Positions 40,290-50,078 of a stretch of 64,000 nt of DNA are shown piece by piece. The position numbers were made by a program, and so were the translations under genes. The notes beneath the pieces were generated by a model. That model did no database searches and was not told where the DNA came from. It was given only the letters and a program-made list of their open reading frames with translations. Source of the stretch: an uncultured archaeon (lineage in GTDB: Archaea; Asgardarchaeota; Thorarchaeia; Thorarchaeales; Thorarchaeaceae); NCBI GenBank assembly GCA_964610875.1, contig CAZSWP010000001.1, positions 1 through 64,000 of the forward strand. Reading direction: 5' to 3'. The first letter of the stretch is position 1. The number at the start of each line of letters is the position of its first letter.

Positions 40290-40748
40290 CTAGAAGATTG
40301 ATACATCTTCTGGCTTGAAGTCCTCTTGAAGAACAATGTCTTTGCTGAACTCATGCTCTTCCTCAAGTCTAGGATAGAAGAATGCAAATAGTGCATCGAA
40401 TCCCCAACCTGTTTCAATGCTTGGGAATATTGCAAATTTTATATCCCCATCAACTTCTACTCCAGTTGTACTATGATACAAATGACGTAGAAATCTATCA
40501 GCTTGTTCTTTCTGAATCGATGTATCTATCAACATATCAAACAATTCTTCATAGATATCAATGAAATATGGTCTAAGTCCGAAATCATTCTCTGAAACCC
40601 ATCCTTCAAAATCAATCCAGCCCATTTCTTCGAAGCTATCAAATACTGTCTTCAAATCAAGCTTTATTCTATCATATTTTTCACTAACAGGACCATCTGT
40701 TAGACTTGTTACAATTACATAACCTTCAGGTCTCTCACTAATTTCCAT
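40290..40748 (-). CDS. hypothetical acidic protein
   Basis: 152-aa ORF, no recognised motif. Confidence 0.5.
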   Translation of the reverse strand: MEISERPEGYVIVTSLTDGPVSEKYDRIKLDLKTVFDSFEEMGWIDFEGWVSENDFGLRPYFIDIYEELFDMLIDTSIQKEQADRFLRHLYHSTTGVEVDGDIKFAIFPSIETGWGFDALFAFFYPRLEEEHEFSKDIVLQEDFKPEDVSIF

Positions 40749-40984
40749 TTCAATTTACCATACAGTTAGAATAGAACGATTTTCTAAAAATACATAATAA
40801 CCAAAAAAACCAAACACACATAATTACCTAATTGTCCAATCGAGTCGGATATCCCGTATTTGCTTATTTACCATTGTTAACCCTAACATCAGTAAAATAG
40901 ATAACAGTTCCTTATAAACCCTCTCTATTTAAAAGGAGTTTTTAAAACCCTCTTTTTGTTTTATTTCAGTGAATAAACCTTTCA

Positions 40985-41881
40985 TTATGCAAAAGCTGCC
41001 ACAATAAAGAAGATGTCCGCAATTGCATGGGCAATTATGGCTCCAGCTATACTCCCTGTTTTCCACATTATGTAACCACATAACGCACCAAGGATGATAG
41101 TGAAACAGAAGAATGCTATCATTAGGGGTATTCCCAAGAATTGTATTGAAATAGCGTGAAATATACCAAATATGAGTGCACTCAAGCCGATTGCCCATTT
41201 TGGTTCAAAATAGAAGTTGAAAGCTCGAAGGAATAACCCTCTGAACATTAGCTCTTCCATGATACTATTAGCAAAGGCAAAGGTCAGGAACCAAGGTGTC
41301 CAAGCTAGTAGTGTATTGATATCTGTACTGAATGACAACATTGTGACTGCTGCAAATTGAAGTAGGGCCATTGGTGCGTATATCAACCCCGTCATCAGAC
41401 TTAGTTTCAACTTGCCCTTTTGTAAGTACAAAAAGCCAACATCCATGCCGCGGAAACGAATACCAAGAAGAATGATCACTATTATAGGAACAGCTTCAAG
41501 TAATTTGTATACAGTCCATCCTTCGACCGAGTCTTTCACAATAATTGGGATTTCCACATTGAAAAACCATACAACAACAAAACTAAGTGAAACAAGGAAA
41601 AAAGCATCGATGAGATATTGATAAGATCCCAGCCCAACTACTTTTCTTGCTCCTAGAACAAGTGATAGTAGAAACAGACTTAGTATCAATCTCACTATTA
41701 ACTTCGTTTCAGAACTCATGAAATTATTGTACCCTGCGATATTAAACACAATAAAGCTTGCAATTATGATAACAAGAGAGAGTAGAATCCGTTTCTTTCT
41801 AATTTCATCCTTTGATGCATCAGACAGAAAAGGTCTTTCGTAATATGAACCAGGTGTCTTATTCTCATTCTCTCTACTCAA
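40985..41881 (-). CDS. CPBP/Abi (CAAX protease-like) intramembrane metalloprotease
   Basis: EELMFRG, FGIFH, HAIAD motifs. Confidence 0.88.
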   Translation of the reverse strand: MSRENENKTPGSYYERPFLSDASKDEIRKKRILLSLVIIIASFIVFNIAGYNNFMSSETKLIVRLILSLFLLSLVLGARKVVGLGSYQYLIDAFFLVSLSFVVVWFFNVEIPIIVKDSVEGWTVYKLLEAVPIIVIILLGIRFRGMDVGFLYLQKGKLKLSLMTGLIYAPMALLQFAAVTMLSFSTDINTLLAWTPWFLTFAFANSIMEELMFRGLFLRAFNFYFEPKWAIGLSALIFGIFHAISIQFLGIPLMIAFFCFTIILGALCGYIMWKTGSIAGAIIAHAIADIFFIVAAFA

Positions 41882-41967
41882 ACTTTATTCCCCAAGATTT
41901 TGTTAGATATTTTACTTTGGAATGTTCCATTGTAAAACCATTAGATACGGTTTTCTATTAATGCCAA

Positions 41968-42285
41968 TTAATCATTCTCTGAAAAGGAACGTGCTGTGAA
42001 CTTGGTACAATCGGTACATACAATCTCGTAGTCCCAGTATGCATCTCCACTTGCTGTACTCACACACCACTTTGCATAGATGACCAGAACATTGTCACTA
42101 CTACAATTAGCACATCCATGCATATTGAGTCGTTCTCTGAGTGGATGTTCTGCAATCTCAATACCTCTCCCTGTGTATTCCATCCATGTCCATTCGTTGT
42201 CTTCATTTGGGGTAATGGCATCACTCAATTCGATATAATTCTTAGATGCAATATTCGGACTGTCACTCACTCTTTCGTAAAACAC
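41968..42285 (-). CDS. hypothetical zinc-ribbon protein
   Basis: CANC...CTDC pair. Confidence 0.5.
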   Translation of the reverse strand: MFYERVSDSPNIASKNYIELSDAITPNEDNEWTWMEYTGRGIEIAEHPLRERLNMHGCANCSSDNVLVIYAKWCVSTASGDAYWDYEIVCTDCTKFTARSFSEND

Positions 42286-42336
42286 AATTAGTCACAGTTA
42301 GTGGTCCGTCATTTGCTTATACTACTTGTGCAGATT

Positions 42337-42561
42337 CTATCTGATTTCTACTGTATCTTGTTTTTCTCTATAGCTCTCATATTTCCTGCTCATTGTTCTC
42401 ATGTAAAACAACTGATATAGAACTGACATGAATCCAAACAGCAGACCAACCGTAGCAGCATATGTTGGATTAACTGGAATCCACCCTATCACAGAAAGAA
42501 GGTATGCTGTTATACCAGAGCTCACGGTAATTATTGCAATCATAAAGAACCTAGGATACAA
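42337..42561 (-). CDS. small membrane protein, possibly 5'-truncated
   Basis: two TM segments; Lys-rich sequence upstream in the poly-A stretch. Confidence 0.35.
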   Translation of the reverse strand: MYPRFFMIAIITVSSGITAYLLSVIGWIPVNPTYAATVGLLFGFMSVLYQLFYMRTMSRKYESYREKQDTVEIR

Positions 42562-42588
42562 CTTTTTTCTTTAACTTTTTTTTTCCTC

Positions 42589-43040
42589 TTTACGCCTATT
42601 TTACTGACCATATTTTCGATGAAGACTATTTTGGCGAAGTGCGTATGATGGAGGAATGCAAGAATTGCAGCATATGTCTGAATTCCTGTCCGACTGGTGC
42701 TATTCGCAAGGAGAATTTTGTCATAGATGTTGGAAAATGTATTTCACTGTACAATGAAATGGACTCTGATTTTCCTGATTGGATTCCCATAGATGCTCAT
42801 AATGCATTAACAGGTTGCATGAAGTGTCAATTTAGTTGTCCGGGTAACAAAGATGTAATCAATAAGACCCTACAACTGGGTACGGTTACAGAGAACGAAA
42901 CTAAAGCTATTCTGAATGGAACTCCTTCAGTAGAGCTCCTTGAAAACCTGACAGAGAAACTCAATGGATTCATTCCAGTAACCTCGGAAGAGCATTTCCA
43001 TATGTTCACAAGAAACCTTAGCGTCCTGTTAGAAACCTAA
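42589..43040 (+). pseudogene. 5'-truncated 4Fe-4S double-cluster (QueG-like) protein
   Basis: LYAYFTD..CKNCSICLNSCPTGAI..CISLYNE..GCMKCQFSCPGN; N-terminal half absent. Confidence 0.6.
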
Positions 43041-43107
43041 GATTTTGCGGTCCTAGTTTTTCTCGACAAGAGAAGGTGTCATATAGTTGAGAGTTTACTG
43101 AAAGTCC

Positions 43108-44256
43108 ATGGATGTAATACCTGACTATGCTGGTCATTCGCTGGTTAATTTGATGAGTTCAATTGCTTCATCTCTTGAATTGAATTCTCCGTATCCAGAA
43201 CTCATGGAATTGAATTCTATTGAAATTCAACAGACAGAAAAAGTTGTGCTGATTGTTGTTGATGGATTGGGATATAATTACTTGAAGAAGAAATTGAGAA
43301 GTAGTAATCTTCAGAGAAATCTTCATGGAAAAATGACCTCTGTCTATCCTGCAACCACAGCAACAGCGGTCTCAACATTCTTCAGTGGTCTTCCAGCACA
43401 ACAACATGCTGTTACTGGATGGTGGGTATATCTCAAGGAGTGGGGTATCGTCACTGTAATTCTGCCATTCATGAGTATATTGGGAGGTACGGTTCTTAAT
43501 GCTGAGATCTCCGAAGTCATTGACGTTGACCGTATCTTCACAAAGTGTTCCTACAAGTATTCTGTAATCTTAGGTACATCTATTGTTCATTCAACATTTT
43601 CAAGGCATATGACTGGTGGAGCTAAAAGGAAAGGATATAGGAACATCGATGAATTCTTTGAATCAATTCAATCATGTGTACAAGAAAATGGACACAGCTA
43701 TACCTATGCATACTGGCCTAAACTGGATGACATTGGCCATCGAATTGGTATCATGTCTAATGATGCCATTGCTCATTTAGAGGAGTTCGATGCACGATTT
43801 GGTGAAATGATTGATTCAATTGATGGTACAAATACCACAGTCATTTTGACAAGCGACCATGGTCTGACTGATTCTACTTCTGATTCTAAGCATTATACAG
43901 GTGACCATCCAGTTCTTTATGACACACTGGCATTACCTCTCTGCGGTGATGCACGGTCTGCATATTGTTATATCCGTCCATCGAAAGTAGAGGTCTTTGA
44001 AAGATACATTGAACGAAATCTCAGCGAGTCCTTTGATCTTCACAAGAGTATAGATTTGATAGAAGACAACTGGTTTGGATTGTACGAACCACATCCAAAA
44101 CTGAAGGATCGGATTGGTGATTATACCCTCATTGCAAGAAACAACAATGTCTTGTTACATTCATATCAGGGATTGCCCAAGACTGATTTAGTTGGTTTTC
44201 ATGGTGGAACTACTGAAGATGAGATGTATGTCCCGTTAATAGTAAAGCAGTGTTAA
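43108..44256 (+). CDS. alkaline phosphatase superfamily (nucleotide pyrophosphatase/phosphodiesterase)
   Basis: VVDGLG, SVYPATT, DDIGH, TSDHG, GFHGG...EMYVP. Confidence 0.88.
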   Translation: MDVIPDYAGHSLVNLMSSIASSLELNSPYPELMELNSIEIQQTEKVVLIVVDGLGYNYLKKKLRSSNLQRNLHGKMTSVYPATTATAVSTFFSGLPAQQHAVTGWWVYLKEWGIVTVILPFMSILGGTVLNAEISEVIDVDRIFTKCSYKYSVILGTSIVHSTFSRHMTGGAKRKGYRNIDEFFESIQSCVQENGHSYTYAYWPKLDDIGHRIGIMSNDAIAHLEEFDARFGEMIDSIDGTNTTVILTSDHGLTDSTSDSKHYTGDHPVLYDTLALPLCGDARSAYCYIRPSKVEVFERYIERNLSESFDLHKSIDLIEDNWFGLYEPHPKLKDRIGDYTLIARNNNVLLHSYQGLPKTDLVGFHGGTTEDEMYVPLIVKQC

Positions 44257-44310
44257 CAAATAGCAATCATCAGTGATTTTATTTTGAATGAGTAAATCCT
44301 AATTTTCATA

Positions 44311-45030
44311 ATGACTCATAATCGACAACTCGTCTATCTGCTGTGTATACTCTTTGTAATAGTTTCATCTCGATCTGTTGATGCACAGACGACATATACC
44401 ACAGTTCGAGTTGGCTATAGAGAATTACAGCTCTCTCCAGAGGACTTTTCATCTGTTCTAACGGACTATGAGCCATTTCGAACCGATACCAGTATTGATT
44501 CCCTATTAGCTTCAAATGATACACTTTTCTGGGAACCCTTAGGACATATTGATCCGAACTATGATTATAATGCTAGTATCAACACAGTAGGTTTTATTCA
44601 AATCAATACAACCGGTTTTTATCAAACACTTATCGGACTCGATTCATTGAACTCTAGCATTTTATGGATATCTCTTCTAGACAATACTGTATCATCAAAT
44701 TTCACTTACATTGTTGAAGCCGCTACGGATTTCTTTGCTAACGATAATCGATATTGGGGGGTATGTGAAGAGATTGTGGTAGTACCAGGTAGTCTTATTC
44801 AAGAAGAAATCCATTATGTTTGGAGATTCACATTCAGGCTTATTGCTGAGGGTGAAAGGTGGACATTACTTTTTGACTCATCAGGTAACTTACTGAACCA
44901 AGCATTAGAAGACATCCCTTGCTCAAGTTGTAATCAGACAACACCGTTTGTTATTCTTGGCGTAACCGGAGCTATTGTTACAATAGTCATGGTATTGTAT
45001 ACTGTAAACAAGAAACGAGCAACTCAATGA
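44311..45030 (+). CDS. secreted protein with C-terminal membrane anchor
   Basis: N-terminal signal, C-terminal TM followed by KKR. Confidence 0.6.
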   Translation: MTHNRQLVYLLCILFVIVSSRSVDAQTTYTTVRVGYRELQLSPEDFSSVLTDYEPFRTDTSIDSLLASNDTLFWEPLGHIDPNYDYNASINTVGFIQINTTGFYQTLIGLDSLNSSILWISLLDNTVSSNFTYIVEAATDFFANDNRYWGVCEEIVVVPGSLIQEEIHYVWRFTFRLIAEGERWTLLFDSSGNLLNQALEDIPCSSCNQTTPFVILGVTGAIVTIVMVLYTVNKKRATQ

Positions 45031-45452
45031 TGATGTTCAAATCCTTCATCACTAGGCAAGTTAAAACGAAATAGATGGGCATATTCTATTCCTGAGAGCC
45101 CTTTGATTTTGTTTGCTAGTTTCTCTATGCCGTATTTCTTTCCTTTGATGGTAAGAACCTCAAAGCAATGCCTCTTTGTGAGATGTACATGTACTGTTGA
45201 AAGAACGTTGGCTTCAGCACCATGTTGTGCTTCCAAAAGAGCTGTCATTAGAGCTGGTTTATGATGGTAGACAATATTTAGGGATGCAAAAGACCCCTCT
45301 TGATTCGATTCCCATTTTGCTTCAGAAATGAACATCCTCATCGCATCTCGTATAGCTTCCGATCTTCCCATGTATCCTCTTTCTGCTATCAATTTATCAA
45401 ATTGTTCCAGCAGGTCATCGGGAATTGACACACCAAAGCGTTTCATTTCCAT
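45024..45452 (-). CDS. nikR: nickel-responsive regulator NikR
   Basis: RHH MKRFGVSIPDDLL..RSEAIRDA; HVHL...CFE nickel site; divergent from the ECF operon. Confidence 0.92.
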   Translation of the reverse strand: MEMKRFGVSIPDDLLEQFDKLIAERGYMGRSEAIRDAMRMFISEAKWESNQEGSFASLNIVYHHKPALMTALLEAQHGAEANVLSTVHVHLTKRHCFEVLTIKGKKYGIEKLANKIKGLSGIEYAHLFRFNLPSDEGFEHHH

Positions 45453-45472
45453 TCTATCCACCTTATATTGAA

Positions 45473-45528
45473 TAACACAATTGCACACATTTAGTAACAC
45501 AATCTCCAGATAAGTAACACATTTAAGG
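45473..45528 (+). promoter_or_regulatory. putative NikR operator GTAACAC-N13-GTAACAC abutting a TATA-like TTTAAG
   Basis: exact 7-mer repeats at 45494-45500 and 45514-45520, third TAACAC at 45473-45478, between nikR and nikM. Confidence 0.55.
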
Positions 45529-45578
45529 TAATCCCTTCCTTCTCGAATAACTTTTGGATATTCTATGAGTGATGTAGT

Positions 45579-46289
45579 ATGCACGTGCCAGATGGACCTG
45601 TACCAATATGGTTGCTCGCGATTCTTTGGGTTGTTAGTATTCTCTTTCTTTTTGTATCTGGAAAGATGGTGAATAAGAAATTTGATGACAAACTCGTTCC
45701 ATATATAGGTGTATTAGCAGCTGTGATCTTTGCTGCGCAGTTTGTCAATTTTCCAGTTCCTCCAGCTTCAAGTGGTCATCTTGTTGGCACAACCCTCTTG
45801 GCGGTGCTGCTGGGTCCATGGGCCGCAATGCTAATTATGGGCCTAGTACTCTTTGTACAGGCTCTCTATGGTGATGGCGGAATCCTTGCTTATGGTTTAA
45901 ACTTTTTCAACATGGGTGTCGTGGGAAGTTTTGTTGGTTGGACTATCGCTTTGATACTATTCAAGGGACTCTCTCGTTTCACTGATGAGAAGAAAGCTGT
46001 AATTCCTGCTACAGCAATTGCTGCTTTTGTAACAATCATTGTATCAGCGTTCGTACTTGGTCTACAACTTCTTTCTGTACCTGGTTTCACATGGGATGCC
46101 GTCATGGTCCTTACCGGTGTTCATGTGATTATAGCAATTGGAGAAGCAATTCTAACATCAGTAATACTTCTTTATTTTGTAAAGGCCAAACCAAGTGTGA
46201 TTTCATTTCTCAAAGACAGCGAAACTAAAGAAATGTCTTGGATAGAAGAGTTCCCATTGGAAAAACCTGTTGCTAAGGAGGTTGATTAA
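45579..46289 (+). CDS. ECF Ni/Co transporter S component NikM/CbiM
   Basis: N-terminal MHVPDG metal-binding motif, SGHLVG, DGG. Confidence 0.92.
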   Translation: MHVPDGPVPIWLLAILWVVSILFLFVSGKMVNKKFDDKLVPYIGVLAAVIFAAQFVNFPVPPASSGHLVGTTLLAVLLGPWAAMLIMGLVLFVQALYGDGGILAYGLNFFNMGVVGSFVGWTIALILFKGLSRFTDEKKAVIPATAIAAFVTIIVSAFVLGLQLLSVPGFTWDAVMVLTGVHVIIAIGEAILTSVILLYFVKAKPSVISFLKDSETKEMSWIEEFPLEKPVAKEVD

Positions 46290-46574
46290 GTGGAGCGAGA
46301 TACACTGACCAAATTTGTACTACCTGCGATTATTGTGGTATCAGTAATAATATCTATTCTAATCCTATGTGGTCTTGCATCTGAGAATCCCGATGGATTT
46401 GAGTGGACCTTCTTCGATTTTGCTGGCATATCGGAACCAGAAGGTGGCTTTGAAGGAATTTGGAGTTTCCTCGGTGAGGGTCCTTTTGTGGATGTTATAT
46501 CTGGAGTTCTAGGAATCGTCATTGTCCTTATTCTAGGCTACCTAGTCTTCTGGTTCACCTCAAGAAAGTCCTAG
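46290..46574 (+). CDS. NikN/PDGLE-domain component
   Basis: ASENPDGFE motif between two TM helices. Confidence 0.85.
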   Translation: MERDTLTKFVLPAIIVVSVIISILILCGLASENPDGFEWTFFDFAGISEPEGGFEGIWSFLGEGPFVDVISGVLGIVIVLILGYLVFWFTSRKS

Positions 46575-46641
46575 ACCTTAGTAGACTACTCTTTCAAAAG
46601 GAAGTCTTTGTATAGAAGAGAATATAGTATGTGTATTCACT

Positions 46642-47427
46642 ATGAGCAAGTTCCTATTACCATTTAGAGAGGGACAAAATACCCTGAACAGATTCTCTCC
46701 TACTGGTCTCTTCCTTAGTGCGATTGCTAGTGCAGTGGTGATTGCTATTCTGATCAACCCGTTGTTTGTTCTCATTGGATTCCTCTTGGCTATTACCGTT
46801 GGTTCAATTGCAAGAACAAGATGGCGTGTTGTACTGTCCCTGGTGGCAAAATTTGAATTGATTATAATGTTCTGGGTTTTGCTTGAACCATTCATGTATG
46901 GAACTACTATTTTGTACACTTTTACTACTCCATTTGGTCCGTTAAATGTCTATGAAGAAGGACTAATCTTTGGGATATTGCTAGGTCTTCGAATGATCAC
47001 AATTCTCACTATATTCTCCATGACTCTCTCACATATGACACTGACAGAATTTATTAGTGCACTCAGAACACTAAGGGTGCCACCATCAATTCTGGGCTCT
47101 CTTTTGATCATGCTACGCTATGTTCCACTTTTTATGACTGAGAGAAGGCGAATGCAGGAGGCTCAGTCTCTCAGAGGCTTTGAACTAGGTGAGAGATGGG
47201 ACCGCATCAAATCATTGGGTTACTTGGTAGGTACGACAATTGATAGGGCAATGGAACGAAGTGTATCTGTATATGAAGCCATGAAGCTGAGAGGCTATGG
47301 CAGTGGCATGAAAATAAGTGGTGCTGGATTCAAGCGAAGTGACAGCATTCTTGCATTTGCTGTCTTACTCTTTGTACTCTCTTCTTTCTTCTTATTCCCA
47401 TACTTATTGGAGGTTGTTTTACTGTGA
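46642..47427 (+). CDS. ECF T component (NikQ/CbiQ)
   Basis: LRYVP, EAQSLRG, EAMKLRGY. Confidence 0.9.
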   Translation: MSKFLLPFREGQNTLNRFSPTGLFLSAIASAVVIAILINPLFVLIGFLLAITVGSIARTRWRVVLSLVAKFELIIMFWVLLEPFMYGTTILYTFTTPFGPLNVYEEGLIFGILLGLRMITILTIFSMTLSHMTLTEFISALRTLRVPPSILGSLLIMLRYVPLFMTERRRMQEAQSLRGFELGERWDRIKSLGYLVGTTIDRAMERSVSVYEAMKLRGYGSGMKISGAGFKRSDSILAFAVLLFVLSSFFLFPYLLEVVLL

Positions 47428-48161
47428 CATGTGCAATTGAAGTCCACAATGTCTACTTCAGATATGATGAATTTGCACTCAGAGATATCAATATGGAACT
47501 ACATCTAGCCGAACACAAAGCCATGGTGGGTCAAAATGGGTCTGGGAAGACCACCCTGTTCAAAATCATGTTAGGTCTCTTGGAGCCACATGCAGGGGAA
47601 ATATACATCTTCGAACGCAAAGTCAGTCCTGAGAATTTGTGGGCTATTCGAAAAGATGTCGGATTTCTATTTCAAAATCCTGACGACCAGTTATTTGCTC
47701 CGACAGTTTGGGAAGATGTTGCATTTGGTCCAACGAATCTGGGCCTTCCTGAAGATGAGGTTGAGAAGCGAGTAGAAGAATCATTACGATTTGTTGACAT
47801 GCTTGATTTCATTGAACGTCCCGTGAACCAGATGAGTCATGGCCAAGCAAAACGTGTGGCATTGGCTGGTATTCTAGCAATGCGTCCGAAGATATTGTTT
47901 CTTGATGAACCATTTGCAGGACTGGATTTCAAGATGGTTCGGAAGATGGCTGGCATGATCAAGACACTGAGGAATGATGGAATCAGTATTCTCTTCACCA
48001 CACATAATAGATTCTTCCTTGAGCACTGGGCTGATTCAGTAGTAGCCCTAAGGGATGGCAGAGTTATTTTTGATGGGCTAGCATCGGAAGCTCTTCAAAA
48101 TGAAGAGGTATTAGAACAGATTGGAGACTGGTCCCAGCTTCGTAGAGATCTTTCAATATAG
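47424..48161 (+). CDS. ECF ATPase (NikO/CbiO)
   Basis: GQNGSGKTT, FQNPDDQLF, MSHGQ, LDEP. Confidence 0.92.
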   Translation: MTCAIEVHNVYFRYDEFALRDINMELHLAEHKAMVGQNGSGKTTLFKIMLGLLEPHAGEIYIFERKVSPENLWAIRKDVGFLFQNPDDQLFAPTVWEDVAFGPTNLGLPEDEVEKRVEESLRFVDMLDFIERPVNQMSHGQAKRVALAGILAMRPKILFLDEPFAGLDFKMVRKMAGMIKTLRNDGISILFTTHNRFFLEHWADSVVALRDGRVIFDGLASEALQNEEVLEQIGDWSQLRRDLSI

Positions 48162-48248
48162 TACAATCTCTATTTGGATTTAATATATGTGGATCACCAC
48201 ACAATAGCATTCTAATAATCTCGCTTCGTTATAGAAGAGTGGTAGGCA

Positions 48249-48809
48249 GTGTTATACTTGAAAAAATCGGAGTATTTGCTCTTTACTTTGGTTGGACTAC
48301 TTTTTATTACGCCAACAATTACTCCGGCAAATGCGAATATTCCCAGTTTGGATAACTATCGATTAGGTCCTTTTGTTGAGAAGGTAGTTTTTAACTTCTT
48401 CCAAAACGAAACAGAGATGGTTGCTGGACTTTACAATAATGAAATTGATCTGATTCCAGGCATATCTCCACTGATGTATTCAATTGATACAATGATTGGA
48501 CCGGAAGATGTGGAAATGGATTTCGTCCCATCAAATAGTTATTAAGCATTGACAATAAATTGTCAGAAATACCTCTACAATATAACCGCATTCCGACAAG
48601 CGATTGCTTTTGCTATTGATAAGATACAACTCATTGATGATATTTTCAACGGATTGATGTATCCTCTTGATGGTATCATCTCTTTATCAAATCGCTTCCC
48701 TATAGAAGAGGCTTGGAACAACACACTCACGACTATACTGACAATCAGTGCCATTATTGGATTATGCGGCATTGCGATTGTCTTGATAGTATGTCATGTA
48801 AAAAAGTGA
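48249..48809 (+). pseudogene. degenerate ABC (family 5) substrate-binding protein
   Basis: signal peptide, GPFVEKVVF, in-frame TAA at 48543-48545, then INCQKY..FRQAIAFAIDK and an abrupt C-terminal TM anchor; most of the domain missing. Confidence 0.65.
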
Positions 48810-48860
48810 AAGAGAATCTTGTCATATGGCGTTCACATCTTATCGAAAACTAGTATTAGA

Positions 48861-48875
48861 CAAAAGCATTATATC
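48861..48875 (+). promoter_or_regulatory. BRE/TATA-like promoter of tRNA-Leu
   Basis: CAAAAGC ATTATATC about 30 nt upstream of the tRNA 5' end. Confidence 0.45.
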
Positions 48876-48904
48876 AAGACAGAGGTCCAAACAGATTCGC
48901 ACAT

Positions 48905-49024
48905 GCGGAGGTTGCCAAGCCAGGTCAAAGGCGTAGGGTTCAGATCCCTATCCCGTAGGGGTTCGCGAGACTTCCTGTAACTTGTAGACAGGAAGCGCGT
49001 ATTCGAATCTCGCCCTCCGCACCA
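48905..49024 (+). tRNA. tRNA-Leu(CAG) with 32-nt intron at position 53/54 (48970-49001), encoded CCA
   Basis: acceptor GCGGAGG/CCTCCGC-A-CCA, anticodon arm TAGGG-TTCAGAT-CCCTA, long variable arm, T-arm GCGAG|TTCGAAT-CTCGC restored by removing 48970-49001. Confidence 0.92.
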
Positions 49025-49026
49025 CT

Positions 49027-49500
49027 TTACTTTCTCTCAACCTTATAGACGAATATCACTTGGTCATTATTCCAACTGAGATAATGTGATGCATCGCAGC
49101 TTTTCTCAAATCCACACGAGAGATAGAAGTCCTGTGCGTAGGTCATAAAATCTCCCGTATCAACACGGATTACATTCACCAGAGGACTACTCTCTGCAAT
49201 CTCTTTGATTTTGTCGATGAGAGCTTTCCCAACTCCTTTTCGTAGATACTGGTGGTGAGTAATGATTGATACGATTACAAGTGCCCTCCACTCGAACTGG
49301 ATTGCGGAATATCCGATTATTTTTCCAGAATCACCATCTTCAGCAACGAGGATTTTACCGAAGTCCTTGAATGCTTCAAAGACCTCAATTCTAAGCAATT
49401 CATGTTCCAAAAATGGTTCCCCAAAATTTTCAGCATTGAGAATGAGATTCTGCACACTACTCAAATCTTGGGGGTGATATTCTCGTACTCGTACTTGCAT
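49027..49500 (-). CDS. GNAT acetyltransferase
   Basis: YLRKGVGKALI, AQDFYLSCGF; start moved to ATG 49500. Confidence 0.8.
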   Translation of the reverse strand: MQVRVREYHPQDLSSVQNLILNAENFGEPFLEHELLRIEVFEAFKDFGKILVAEDGDSGKIIGYSAIQFEWRALVIVSIITHHQYLRKGVGKALIDKIKEIAESSPLVNVIRVDTGDFMTYAQDFYLSCGFEKSCDASHYLSWNNDQVIFVYKVERK

Positions 49501-49552
49501 GTTAGATTCTCTTCTCCTTTTTGACTTGAGTTGTTCTTGAAACCCAGACCTA

Positions 49553-49999
49553 CTACTTATCGTCGGGATTTGGCATAAGAAACATGGTTTCGAGACGTTC
49601 CACACCATTGAGTTTCTCAAGCTTACCGGTCATGAAAGAAGAGAGTTCAGCCATGTCCCGTAGTCGAACAATACAGATGAAATTCGCAGGACCTGATGTC
49701 CAGAATATCTTGCCTACCTCTTCAAAACTCTTTAATGATGTATAGATATCTTGTGAGAGACCAGGCTTACATGTAACTAAAATAATGACCTGAATCTCAT
49801 AACCAAGTTTTCGATAATCGATATCAACTGTATATCTCTTTACAAACCCAGCTTCACAGAGTCGTTCCATACGGTTTCTCACAGAACTGGGACTCATCTT
49901 GACTTTTCTAGCAATCTCTCTGAGTGAGCATCTAGCGTTCTTACTCAACATATCGATAATGATTTCGTCTCTCCCGTCTATTCTCTCCACTGAACCCAT
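49553..49999 (-). CDS. Lrp/AsnC family regulator
   Basis: IDGRDEIIIDMLSKNARCSLREIARKV..SVRNRMERL..G; start moved to ATG 49999. Confidence 0.88.
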   Translation of the reverse strand: MGSVERIDGRDEIIIDMLSKNARCSLREIARKVKMSPSSVRNRMERLCEAGFVKRYTVDIDYRKLGYEIQVIILVTCKPGLSQDIYTSLKSFEEVGKIFWTSGPANFICIVRLRDMAELSSFMTGKLEKLNGVERLETMFLMPNPDDK

Positions 50000-50078
50000 A
50001 CAATCAACCCTATTCTGAAAATGTATCATCCACAACCAAGTGATAAATGGTTGGGAGATATTTACTAAAACCCGCGCT

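Noticed and set aside
48905-49024. tRNA-Sec (TCA appears in the anticodon loop TTCAGAT)
   Set aside because: In the 7-nt loop the anticodon register is CAG; the 7-bp acceptor stem and A73 fit tRNA-Leu
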